IMG/VR virus record: IMGVR_UViG_2872185964_000005
DNA: 55,490 bases
Reading direction: 5' to 3' (one strand)
Source: a virus
Lineage: Duplodnaviria; Heunggongvirae; Uroviricota; Caudoviricetes
The first letter of the stretch is position 1. Each line of letters starts with the position of its first letter. Position numbers and translations under genes: made by a program. The notes under the pieces were generated by a model, which was given only the letters and a program-made list of their open reading frames with translations, was not told the DNA's origin and did not search any database. Positions 33,942-43,804 of this stretch are shown here, one piece after another.

Positions 33942-34762
33942 CTATCGCGTTACCCTCTTTAACTGCCGCTCCGCCCATGCCTCTTCAATGTCAAACCGAA
34001 CCACCAACGTATCGTAAAAGCGTTTCACTGATTTTTTCCACGTATCAAGCGTGATAGCACTCGTCACTTTGCATATGGCATTAAATGCCTCCGTTGATGG
34101 TAGTCTTTCACAGCCACGACCACCACAACGCTGGCAGTCTCTGATAACAGGCATACCACGTTTTACCGACTCTTCACGATGAATGGCGACACCACGCCCA
34201 CGGCAATCCTTACAGGCGGTGGAAACCTCACCCTTTCCGCCACACTCCGGACAGGCAACTTTTACCACCTCCCTGACTTTTTTCCATTCTTCCAGTAAGA
34301 CGGATACACGCCTTTTGTGCACTTTGCCCACACTGGTGGCTTACCATCCGGATACTGGATCTTGTTTGTAAAAACCTCGCTTTCAATAAATTTTTTTCCG
34401 TGACAGCAGGGGCACTGTTTTTTGCTCGCCGCGCTACGGGCATAATCTTCAAACGCATACGAAGCCATAATGCGCATCACTACCGGTTTTATTTCTGCCG
34501 GAAGTTTTCTCAACGCCGCCACACGATCGCACCGACTGAGTGCATAATCTGCCAGTAATTCTGTTGCCCGCGCCCTGTCATTCATACTGATGCCCATTTT
34601 CCCCAGGAACGCAGAAAACCCCATCTCAGCCCGATTCTGTGTCATGCCCTGCGCGGCCATCACATCAGTGATACTCAGCGCATCTTTTGACGTTGAGGCC
34701 GATGCATCGGTCAGGCTAGGGGATTTTGGGGAGTAGTATTTCGGTAAATCTTCCAGTTTCAT
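33942..34762 (-). CDS. Q: Late antiterminator Q (phage 82/21-type zinc-finger Q), apparent frameshift near 34300
   Basis: N-terminal ORF (..LADYALSRCDRVAALRKL..YAFEDYARSAASKKQCPCCHGKK) and C-terminal ORF (CPECGGKGE..CKDCRGRG..CQRCGGRG) overlap in different frames. Confidence 0.75.
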
Positions 34763-34798
34763 TTTTTGACCTGCTCTTCATGCATTATGGGTAAATCT

Positions 34799-35131
34799 TC
34801 ACCCCATACGTCCACCAGATACTGGCTGACCACGAACGATATTGATTTCATCAAACTGCTCATCGTCCATTAACACTCCCGCATGCGTCAGCGCATCCAG
34901 CGGTGCTTTCAGGATATTGTCCAGGTCGCGACGACGCTTATCCGGTGGCTCTGCAATCACCTTTATCGCCAGCCTTCCGGACAGGCTTAATTTCAGCCGC
35001 TGCTGGCGAACAATAAGCGCCACAGCCCGGCGATAACGCTTTCCCTCCTCCGAGATAAAATATGTGCTGCCACGGCGTCGCCAGTAAGTGTTCACCGTCG
35101 GCGGGTAAGGTAAAACCAAATCTATGAGCAT
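34799..35131 (-). CDS. rusA: Holliday junction resolvase RusA
   Basis: 110-aa ORF with ..PPDKRRRDLDNILKAPLDALTHAGVLMDDEQ matching the RusA catalytic core. Confidence 0.8.
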   Translation of the reverse strand: MLIDLVLPYPPTVNTYWRRRGSTYFISEEGKRYRRAVALIVRQQRLKLSLSGRLAIKVIAEPPDKRRRDLDNILKAPLDALTHAGVLMDDEQFDEINIVRGQPVSGGRMG

Positions 35132-35325
35132 CAGTCACCTCTTTTACCCAAGCACGCCAGTTGCAAAGGCGTGATCAAGAAAACGAAAAATTAAATCAAC
35201 CTGAGAACCATGCTTTTCTTCGAACGCCAGAGGATCCGCATGAAGCTCGTTGTGATGCTCCCGACACAGCGGTAGCGTGAAAATATCGTGAGATTTTGTC
35301 CCCATTCAGCCCTGACCATGACCAA

Positions 35326-36048
35326 TCAGGTGATGGGATCGTCGGCTGGCTTACCACAACACGCACACGGCTGTGTCTTCACCCAGCGTGTGTATTTCTC
35401 GTTAACCCAGCGGCGACGTTTTGGGCGTAACATAAAAGACTCCGGCGACTCCGGATCCACTTTCAGCGCCAGCACCTTTTTCGCCTTATCCTGGATGATG
35501 CTGGTGGCAGGAACCGAAGGCACAAGGTCACTTTCCCGGGTGACAGACGGCACAACAGGCTTCGGTAATCTCAGTGCCTTACGGGCTGCACTTTCCGGTA
35601 AGGCATCCGCCAGGTCATTACGAATCAGCCACCAGCACAGTTCCGGCATTGTCACAACGTGACTGTCATCAAAACCGAGATCCCGACGCACAACAGACAA
35701 CACCCAGCGGGCACAGTTATCCGTTGCCATTGATTCCAGCCGTTCCGTGAACTGGTCACGGAGAAGATTGTCACAGTGCCAGCACAGACGGATTGCGCCT
35801 GGCGCGTGCCGCATTGTGGTCATGTTCTCGCTGTGCCAGTCGGAATGAGGCCACTGACAGCCCTTTTCACGAAGTAACCAGCTCTCAAGGCATTCCACGC
35901 CACCAGCACGACGGATCACCGCCTCATGGCGGAACACGGCCCGAACGGCAGGATCATCCGCCAGCGGTTGTGATGCTGCCGGAACGGCACCGCTGGCGAA
36001 AGATGAATAACGTTCCGGCTCAGGCTCCAGCAGGACACGCCCCTGCAT
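35326..36048 (-). CDS. Hypothetical nin-region protein with CxxC motifs (possibly DUF968/YdfU-like)
   Basis: 240-aa ORF with CWHCDNL and CACCGK motifs; 190-bp gap to rusA suggests a truncated or frameshifted 3' end. Confidence 0.4.
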   Translation of the reverse strand: MQGRVLLEPEPERYSSFASGAVPAASQPLADDPAVRAVFRHEAVIRRAGGVECLESWLLREKGCQWPHSDWHSENMTTMRHAPGAIRLCWHCDNLLRDQFTERLESMATDNCARWVLSVVRRDLGFDDSHVVTMPELCWWLIRNDLADALPESAARKALRLPKPVVPSVTRESDLVPSVPATSIIQDKAKKVLALKVDPESPESFMLRPKRRRWVNEKYTRWVKTQPCACCGKPADDPIT

Positions 36049-36182
36049 AAACAGGGCATCAGCTCTGAACCGGGCCTGAACAATACAATCCCCATTCGCG
36101 GGGCAATTTCAGGAGTCAACAATGCTCTCACGGTCACCTCAGCGAACGATATTGCATGAACGCAGGAGAAAAAATTCAGCCA

Positions 36183-36440
36183 TCACGCAGTAAACTCCTT
36201 CACCAGCGTTTCAAACTGGCTTACCTGGCCTTCCAGTTCCGCCACGCAATCCACCAGCTCATCCACCGCCTTTTGTGTACGGTGTTTTGCCTGCAGCAGA
36301 TCACGAAGCGCCGGAGTAAGCTGCTTGCGGAGCGTATCTTTTGCCACGCTCGTTTTTTCCATCTGTTCAGCACAACGAAGCATCTCCTGCGCCTGCCGAC
36401 GAAGTTGTTCCGGTGAAACAGTGATTGTTCTGTTGTTCAA
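36183..36440 (-). CDS. Hypothetical coiled-coil protein (85 aa)
   Basis: ORF between the helicase and nin-region genes. Confidence 0.35.
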   Translation of the reverse strand: MNNRTITVSPEQLRRQAQEMLRCAEQMEKTSVAKDTLRKQLTPALRDLLQAKHRTQKAVDELVDCVAELEGQVSQFETLVKEFTA

Positions 36441-36504
36441 AATAAACGCTCCGTTTTACTGCCCGACATGCGGTTATTGCTGTATCTGCGCGGATTGCCC
36501 GGCG

Positions 36505-37835
36505 TCATGGGTGTGGAAAGAACCGGGCACTCTCCTGGTCCACAGGCAGAAAATGTCCGTTATGAAAACGCCGGTAAATGGTCCCGAGCGTGCCATTACG
36601 CTGTTTCGTGATGTTGATTTCTGCTATGCCTCTGGCCTGAGTTTCCGGGTTGTATACCTCATCCCTGTAAAGCATCAGAATGATGTCGGCATCCGCCTCG
36701 ATTTCCCCGGAGTTTTTCAGGTCCGAGTTCATTGGGCGTTTATTGGGTCTGGATTCCACGCCGCGGGAGAGCTGGCTCAGAGCAATCAGCGGAAAACCGC
36801 CGGATTTTGCCAGGCTTTTAAGTCCCTTTGAGATTTCCCCCACCGCAAGGTCGTGACGCCCCGTACTGCGGGTTTTAATCAGGCCGAGGTAATCGACCAC
36901 CACCAGCGCCGTTTCCGGGTGTTTCATCCGGTGGTGCTTCGTGGTTGCACATATCTCATCAATGGGTCAGGTTTGCCTGGTCCACCATCCAGATATTACG
37001 CCCCGTCATTCGTCCCACGCCCTGCGAGAAACGCGCCCAGTCTTCATCTTCAAAACGGGCAACAGACTTAAGACGGGATACCGGCATTCCACCGGCAGCA
37101 GACACCATACGTTCACCAATCTGGATGTTCGCCATCTCCATGGTGAACAGAAGCACGCCATGCCCCTGCTCAGTCACCTTGTCGATGATGTCCAGCGCAA
37201 GTTCGGTTTTCCCCATCGAAGGACGGGCGGCAATGAATACCAGGTCTCCGGGCTCCATACCGCCCGTTTTTGCGTCCAGTTCATCAATACCGGTCATCAG
37301 CGCCCTGGATTTCTCCAGTCCCTGATTGCGGCATTCAACACGGTCGACCACTTCCAGAAGGACATCATCAATGTGAACCGGCTGAATGACGCCCTTTCCG
37401 GTCGACAGTGAGGCCATCATGTTCTGCACATCCTTCAGGGCATCCTCGGCTGCTTCACAGGTATACGCATCACGTAAATTCTGTAATGCTTCAGTCAGTG
37501 TTTTTTCTGCATCGCGCAGTGCGGCATTGCGCCGCAACGCTGCGACATAGTGCTCCAGTGAAGACTTCACCCAGGTTTTGCGTCCGGTGTCGGTAATCAC
37601 CGGGCAAGTTCCGGCATCTCATTGCACAGCAGTACGGGGTCAATGACGCCGGATATGCGAGCCTGTCTGCAAATCCCGCGTAAATATCCCGGTACTGACG
37701 CACAAAAAATACATCCGCCGGAAGTGTGGCCAGAATATCCATCACTTCCGGATCGGCCCCACGCAGAAAAAACGCACCGATGACAGCGCCTTCCAGGTCA
37801 TCGTTACGCCATGCCGGGGTGTTCTGGCTGGTCAT
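36505..37835 (-). CDS. Replicative DNA helicase, DnaB family; two apparent frameshifts
   Basis: DnaB N-domain ORF 37491-37835; Walker [13 protein letters not shown] in ORF 36959-37600; C-terminal ORF 36505-36927. Confidence 0.8.
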
Positions 37836-38719
37836 GCGGCAACACCTCCGATACGAGAACGGTAGCTGGGCCAGTTAAACGACAACCAGTTGCGCCCGCC
37901 ATCGGTGATCCTGTCGGCAATCCGGGGACTGATGAACGCCCACAATTCTTCCGGTGAAAGATTGCTGATCAAGATAGTTGGCAAAATACCCTCATACCGG
38001 GCATTGATAATTTCCTGCAAAATGGCCATTTCAGCCGCACTGCCAAACTGAACGCCGACTTCGTCGACAATCAGCAAATCCAGTGACGCATAATGCTCAA
38101 TGACGTCATCCGCTGTTTTTTCACTGTCATTCCGCCAGCAGTTTTTCACAGCCCGGGTAAGGCGCATCACGTCGGTGATCTCCACACTGGCCAGATAGTT
38201 ACGGATGATGTGTTTTGCCATTGATACCGCCAGATGATTTTTCCCGGTACCGCAACTGCCGGTCATAACAAGACTGGTACCGTTCTCCAGCATATCTGGC
38301 CAGTTCTCCGCATAGCGGCGACAGGCCGCAAGATTTCTGGCTGCGTCAGGATTAACCTCCAGATAATTATCAAACTCGCAGTCCCGAAAACGCAGAGCAA
38401 TTCCGGCGTTATCAGTCAGTTCTTCCGCCTTGAGGGACGACAGTTCCATGGTCAAATAACTGGCCTCAGCGATCAAGCAGTCAGGGCAGCATGAAATTTT
38501 TTCTCTGTCCTCGCCATTACGATCGCTCCACACCAGTATATGCGTACGATATTTACCGTGTTTTTCGCAATATCCGCGACCTTCACGCATCAGGCAGGAA
38601 CGATAAGGCCATGGCTTTTCGCCCTTCTGAGCAAATGCAATCTCTGCCCGTAACTCATCCATTCGCGCCTGTAGTCTTGTTTGTTTCTCACGTTGGTCAA
38701 TCGTCATCATCGCTGTCAC
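37832..38719 (-). CDS. DnaC-like helicase loader (IstB-like AAA+ ATPase)
   Basis: Walker A GSCGTGKNHLA, LLIVDEVG, C-terminal WLSFNWPSYRSR resembling DnaC. Confidence 0.75.
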   Translation of the reverse strand: MTAMMTIDQREKQTRLQARMDELRAEIAFAQKGEKPWPYRSCLMREGRGYCEKHGKYRTHILVWSDRNGEDREKISCCPDCLIAEASYLTMELSSLKAEELTDNAGIALRFRDCEFDNYLEVNPDAARNLAACRRYAENWPDMLENGTSLVMTGSCGTGKNHLAVSMAKHIIRNYLASVEITDVMRLTRAVKNCWRNDSEKTADDVIEHYASLDLLIVDEVGVQFGSAAEMAILQEIINARYEGILPTILISNLSPEELWAFISPRIADRITDGGRNWLSFNWPSYRSRIGGVAA

Positions 38720-38720
38720 C

Positions 38721-40007
38721 TCAGAATGTCAATTTGTTACTGGATTTACCGAATTTGTCAGACATGGCTCCCAGGCCAGCCAGGACATCAACCTGTCGCT
38801 GTCGCCCACCTCCGTGAGCGGCTGGCTGTTGCCAGTAATCTTCGAAGTGACGATCGGGTCCAAAGAACGTCGCAGCCTGCTTCACGAACTGTGTGCCGGT
38901 ATTTCCTGTAGCACGTACCCAGGCGGCATACCGCTTCACGCCATCAAGCATGGTCTCCGGTTTTATTCCTTCCCTGATACGGGCTTTCCAGGCTTTGAAG
39001 GCTGCTGACTTGGAATTGCCACCAGCACGTTTGGGATATTCCTGCCAGGCCTGTTCAAATTCCGGTGAATATTCCTGTCGGGCAGAACGCGCTGGCGCAG
39101 ACGCGTCAGCGGATGCATCAATAGTGTTTTTAGTCTCCGTTGTAATCTCTGTAGTAATCTCTGTATTTGTATCAACATTCGGCGTATCCCCTGTTCCGTT
39201 ATGACGTCGGGGGTGTTCCGTTTTAACGTAATAGCTGTATCGCTGATTGCATTATTGCTGTTACTTTCTGGCGAAACAGAAGAAGGTGTGGTGATGGCCG
39301 CAATTGCCTGTGGGTTGATCCCGACAAACAAAATATTGCTGCATTTCACCCCATCGAGCATTTCCACCGTGCGTAAATCCAGAGTAATAAACCCTGCATC
39401 GCGCAGACGCTTCAGCGCATCTGCGGTTTCCCTTTTCCCGAAACCAAACTGCTCAGCAAACGCCTGGTAGCTTCTTTGCAGTTTGTCGCCCTGAAAACGC
39501 TTGCGATATCCCAGCAACGCTCCGGTGTGCTCATCCCTGACCTCTGTCGGCGGTACCAGTAAACGATCTCTGAAAGCAGAGCGATAGCCGTCGCATCCGG
39601 ACGCCCACTGGGTAGTCGAATATATTTCCACCAGTTCGCAGGTGTAACATTGCCGGAAATATTAATTTGACCAATAGCCATAACTTCCGGTGTGGGGGCG
39701 TAACGGCTCATACAACCTCCTTCCGCGGCATGAGAATTGTGTAGCCACGCGCAGGTTGTAGTCTGGCTTTTGCATCAATAGTAAGCGTTGCAATTTTTCG
39801 GATATGAAGATAACCAGCTCTTTCCAGTGCCAGGGTTTCCCTGAATATCGCTTGCTTAGAACAACAGCAGAAATCAGCAAGCACCTGATGATCAATAACT
39901 CTCTCGCCTTCACCGTCTGAAGAACCCGACATCAAAACACGCAACATAATCAGGCGCTGAATCGGGTTATCGAAAGCACATCCGCACACAAACTGAAAAC
40001 AGTTCAC
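38721..40007 (-). CDS. Replication initiator, lambda O-like (N-terminal DNA-binding domain, iteron-containing linker, C-terminal domain); two apparent frameshifts
   Basis: Three colinear ORFs (39708-40007, 39412-39711/38963-39631, 38721-38951); direct repeats inside the gene; position upstream of the loader and helicase. Confidence 0.6.
39141..39165 (-). repeat. Candidate origin iterons inside the O-like gene
   Basis: Tandem GTAATCTCTGTA x2 with flanking partial copies (tagtctccgt, tttgtatcaaca). Confidence 0.45.
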
Positions 40008-40223
40008 GCCACACCTCCCAGACGCTTAAACATTTTTCCAGACAGAAATACCGCCAGAGGGTAACTGATGGTGTAGCTACGCCCCTGTAGTTCGCACACG
40101 ACTTTCTGGCTTTCAGCGTTGACTAGGCAAACCCGCAGAACGTGACCGTTGCTGGTGGCGAACCACTGCCCCACACGGGGCAACGGTTGTATCGGTGATA
40201 CAGGGAATTAACGATGTGGCGGA

Positions 40224-40418
40224 TCATGGACGCACCTCCACCGTAGTTACGTATTTAACCGGGCTACCTTTCATTGAGATGGTTTCACACATCTCTGCCG
40301 CTTTCAGTTCCGCTGTTTTTCTGGATTTATAGCGACGGTGCCAGACAGATACATCCGTGCGAACTGATACATCGTTTCTGTATTCCGTAGTGGAGATGAT
40401 GATTTCGTAACTAATCAT
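40224..40418 (-). CDS. Hypothetical protein (64 aa)
   Basis: ORF overlapping the stop of the Rha gene by 4 bp. Confidence 0.35.
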   Translation of the reverse strand: MISYEIIISTTEYRNDVSVRTDVSVWHRRYKSRKTAELKAAEMCETISMKGSPVKYVTTVEVRP

Positions 40419-40962
40419 GGGCGAACCTCCTTGTCAGAACCATTCAGCCTGGAATCAACAAGTGCAGCGCCAAAAACAGCATCACCAACACGGTCGTACA
40501 GTTTGCTAGCCAGCGGAGATTCAACGGCCTTAAGCATTGGATAAAGCTGGCTTGTCCAGATTTGATGGATTTCACGCAAATGCAGGTATACGCCTCTGGC
40601 GTTTCGTGCGACAGCTGACATATCAACCGCGTCAGCACCAGATAAATTCTTCTCCATCTGGTTAAAGGCGTTGATGTATGCCTCTTTGAACCGGGCTGCA
40701 CGTTTGCCAGTAAAGCCCATAGCAAGGAACGCGAAGCCATCGCGGGTGATTTGATAGCAAGGTAGTTTGCGGCCTGTGCAATCGGTGTAATCACTGGGCT
40801 GAAAATTCAGCTCAGTGAATTCAACAGAGCACTCAAGCGTCTGGATTTTTTGAATAACGTTTTTGTGCTGCTTGCAGAAATATTCGGCAACGGCCAAAGA
40901 AGAGGTAACAGCCTTCCCATGGATAACATCAATTTTAGGGTGAGTTTGGGTAGGGGTGGTTG
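40415..40962 (-). CDS. rha: Rha-family phage regulatory protein
   Basis: From MATTPTQTHPKIDVIHGKAVTSSLAVAEYF...FTGKRAARFKEAYINAFNQMEK; the upstream in-frame extension crosses a terminator hairpin and is excluded. Confidence 0.7.
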
Positions 40963-41127
40963 CCATAGTGACATCCTCATGTGCGAATTTTGAAAACTCA
41001 CCACATGGGACGCCAATCACAGAGGTGGTGAGACGTACAGGGTTGGCGTAACCGGTCGCACATGACCCCGGCGCATCTTTCGATGCCCCTGCACGCCCCA
41101 CCATAATTTGGATGTGAGGAAACGTGC

Positions 41128-41152
41128 GCAAAAAAACCGCTGAAGCGCGGTT
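41128..41152 (-). terminator. Intrinsic terminator between the two Rha-family genes (tR1-like position)
   Basis: Minus-strand aaccgcgc-uucagc-ggutt stem followed by uuuuuuu. Confidence 0.5.
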
Positions 41153-41371
41153 ATGCGCATGTGCGAATTTCAGGACGCCAATCCCGGCACCCGCTTTATA
41201 AGGTGCGGAGACAGTGTAACGTCCCGAAATTGCAGAATCAATATTTGGTCTTGAAATGATCATATAGCTGCTGATATCTTTAGAACTGTTCTTGGATGTT
41301 TCGGAGCCGTTTTATGCGAAACAGCTCCCCGTTATTGATGTTGAGTGAGCCGGGTTACTCCCGGCTTTTTT

Positions 41372-42079
41372 TCACCGCTGCCAACCAATAACCTGAAATA
41401 ACCCCATTTTCGGGTGATACCAGCGAGTCCCTCGCGGTTCTGCTTCCTCCATAACCCGATAAAAAGCAGCCATAAACGGTTCCACAGCAACAATTGCGCG
41501 ACGTGACAACAATCTGTCCGGCGTCATGAACTCATGGGTGTCTGTAGGAATTTGATAGGCGTTCACCAGATTGCGGCATTTATCATCTGACAAACCGGTT
41601 TTTGCTTTCAGTTGGCGATATCCGGCATAGCCCTCACGAATAGTGCCCTTTTTAATTTGCTCGACTGTTTCAGCAACGTGGCTGACTTTTTCTTCCACCT
41701 GAGTGATCCGTTTCTGTTGGCGAACGGCTTCAAGAGCCATCGCGGCAACCATTTCGATTTCGCTCATTGGCTTACGGATCTGTTCTTCCAGTTCGCGCCA
41801 GCGATCTACCAGGCGAGCTGTGAATTCAGGACAGAGCTGTGCGACGACAATGATGCTGTCGCGCTTACCTCGTTCACCTTCGAATACATACGCGCTAGAA
41901 AATCGGCGAGGCCCAAGTGATTGTTTATTCTCAATTTCCACAGTCTGTGGAAATTGGATGATTCCCTTTTTAGCCAGTGTTTCAATAGTTCTCTTAACAC
42001 TATCTGGTCGGCTTCCCACCAGCTCTGCGATCTCAACGCTGGTCATGGATGCTTTGCCGTTAAAAATTGCGGTGTTCAT
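41372..42079 (-). CDS. Phage regulatory protein, Rha/antirepressor-like N-terminal domain
   Basis: MTSVEIAELVGSRPDSVKRTIETLAKKGII... ; translationally coupled (ATGA) to the upstream cro-like ORF. Confidence 0.55.
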   Translation of the reverse strand: MNTAIFNGKASMTSVEIAELVGSRPDSVKRTIETLAKKGIIQFPQTVEIENKQSLGPRRFSSAYVFEGERGKRDSIIVVAQLCPEFTARLVDRWRELEEQIRKPMSEIEMVAAMALEAVRQQKRITQVEEKVSHVAETVEQIKKGTIREGYAGYRQLKAKTGLSDDKCRNLVNAYQIPTDTHEFMTPDRLLSRRAIVAVEPFMAAFYRVMEEAEPRGTRWYHPKMGLFQVIGWQR

Positions 42080-42303
42080 TGTTGGTCTCCTGTGGGCTTG
42101 TCATCTTCTGTATTCGCTAGCCTTGGGTGTGTATATGGAATGCTCGGATCCAGATGACAAAGAATGGCAACATCCTCCGGAACACCTCGCGTTTTCCACT
42201 TTCCAACACCTTGACTGCCACGAGGCCTTCCTTTCTTTGGGAACCTGCGACCAATAGCGGCATTGGTTTTAAATTGAATTTTTAATATTTCATAAAGGGT
42301 CAT
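42076..42303 (-). CDS. Cro-like first gene of the rightward early operon (assigned by position); contains an AT-hook-like GRPRG motif
   Basis: 75-aa ORF divergent from cI across a 111-bp region with repeated GTATCA-containing sites. Confidence 0.4.
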   Translation of the reverse strand: MTLYEILKIQFKTNAAIGRRFPKKGRPRGSQGVGKWKTRGVPEDVAILCHLDPSIPYTHPRLANTEDDKPTGDQQ

Positions 42304-42414
42304 TCTTTAGTCTCACACCAGATACTTTGTTATTCAACGATGTTAACCGCGGGATTCCAAAGTATCAAGAAATTCTGTTACTTTCGTATCAACAGCCATG
42401 AGAGGAGAAGAAAA
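42304..42414 (+). promoter_or_regulatory. Candidate OR/PRM-PR operator-promoter region
   Basis: Repeated 17-mers tACTTTgtTATtCAAC / tACTTTcgTATCAACa and aagtatcaag between the divergent cI and cro-like genes. Confidence 0.45.
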
Positions 42415-43070
42415 ATGAAGTCTTTAGGTGAACGTCTCATCAACGCACGGCAAAAAGCTGGGTTAACACAAGATGCGTTGGCTAAAAAAGCTGGGATCAC
42501 CAGAGTTGCAATCAGTAAAGCCGAGCAAGGCCTTACAAAAAGTTTCAACGGTGACACCCTTTTTAAAGTTGCAGCTGCACTGCGGTGTTCACCGCAGTGG
42601 CTTCAGAACGGAGATGAAAAAGATAAGCATTGGGAAAATAATGTTAAGAGCTGCCCACAGAGAGACACAGCACACTCTTACCCTGTAATTAACTGGGTTC
42701 AGGCAGGATTATTCGCAACTTCTGGTGATGACTACAACATGTATGATCAGGATAATTGGAGGCATTCTGTAAAATACGCTGGTGAGAGGGGTTCTGGCTG
42801 GAAGTGCACGGAGACTCAATGACTTCGCCCGTAGGAATAACATTTCCTGAAGGAATGTCGATCCTTGTCAACCCAGATAAAGAAGTTTTTTCAGGGTGTT
42901 ACGTCATCGCCAGAAAAAAATCCACCAATGAAGCAACATTCAAAAAATATATTTCTGACATGGGAAAGGCGTTTCTAAAGCCCCTTAATCCACAATATCC
43001 AATCATAGAAATGGACAATGATTGCGAAATAGTAGGTGTTGTGGTTGATGCCAGGTGGGATATTTTCTGA
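42415..43070 (+). CDS. cI: CI-like repressor (N-terminal HTH, C-terminal LexA/S24 autopeptidase domain), apparent frameshift near 42800
   Basis: MKSLGERLINARQKAGLTQDALAKKAGITRVAISKAEQG (HTH_XRE) and GDSMTSPVG...VIARKKSTNEATFKKY (S24 Ser/Lys) in adjacent overlapping frames. Confidence 0.75.
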
Positions 43071-43079
43071 CCAGACACA

Positions 43080-43172
43080 AAACACAAAAAGAAACCAAAG
43101 TATCAAAATCACTTGCCACACCTTGACACCTTAGTTACCATAAAACAAAGTTCGTAACTGAGGTATCATCTC
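43080..43172 (+). promoter_or_regulatory. Candidate OL/PL operator-promoter region
   Basis: aagtatcaaaat, ttgacacc, gaggtatcatct: the same GTATCA half-sites as the OR region. Confidence 0.4.
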
Positions 43173-43676
43173 ATGATCAATAAAGCTACAACTCTTGACT
43201 GTCTCGAAGAACTGAAAAACCTCGGCAGCCTCATTACACTAATAGCAAAAGCAACACCTGATGCTACACTCTCTAGCGATATAGAGTCATGCGCAGGACT
43301 GGCATGGGATATGACAAATAGCATATCCAGAAAGCTATCGTCAGCAATGCTTTTACAGAACAAAAATTCTGCAATCAACAACCGTCTTCGCACCCAACGC
43401 GAAGCCTGCGGCTTAACAACCGCCGAACTCGCCAGGCTGCTCGATCTCGATGAAGAAATTATCATCCAGTGGGAGAGCGGAGAGTATGAACCAACTATCA
43501 GTATGCTTATCCCACTGGCAAATATTCTTGGCTGCGATCCGATGTGGCTGTTAACTGGTGAGGTTACTCCTCCGGAGCAACCAAAAAGTGAGGAGCAGCA
43601 ACACCATGACGCATCTCAACAAGTTTGCCCCTTATCTCGCGAAGCTCTTCTGCGGAAGAACCAATACCAATGGTGA
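43173..43676 (+). CDS. HTH_XRE-domain protein, first gene downstream of cI/OL
   Basis: ..RLRTQREACGLTTAELARLLDLDEEIIIQWESGEYEPTISMLIPLANILGCDPMWLLTGE; the N-terminal 60 aa may be upstream of the true start. Confidence 0.5.
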   Translation: MINKATTLDCLEELKNLGSLITLIAKATPDATLSSDIESCAGLAWDMTNSISRKLSSAMLLQNKNSAINNRLRTQREACGLTTAELARLLDLDEEIIIQWESGEYEPTISMLIPLANILGCDPMWLLTGEVTPPEQPKSEEQQHHDASQQVCPLSREALLRKNQYQW

Positions 43677-43804
43677 CATAATCGCCGCTTCGCCCTTCAA
43701 GGTACATGCGAACATTTTTATCAATCATTGCGGAAACAGTCTCAATATGAAAACACTTCTGAGACTCGCTATATAGCAGAACATATAAGTCAGCTGAGGA
43801 AGCC

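Noticed and set aside
40963-41263. N-terminal 100-codon extension of the Rha ORF
   Set aside because: The extension reads through an intrinsic terminator hairpin and repeated operator-like DNA; the true start is the Met before ATTPTQ
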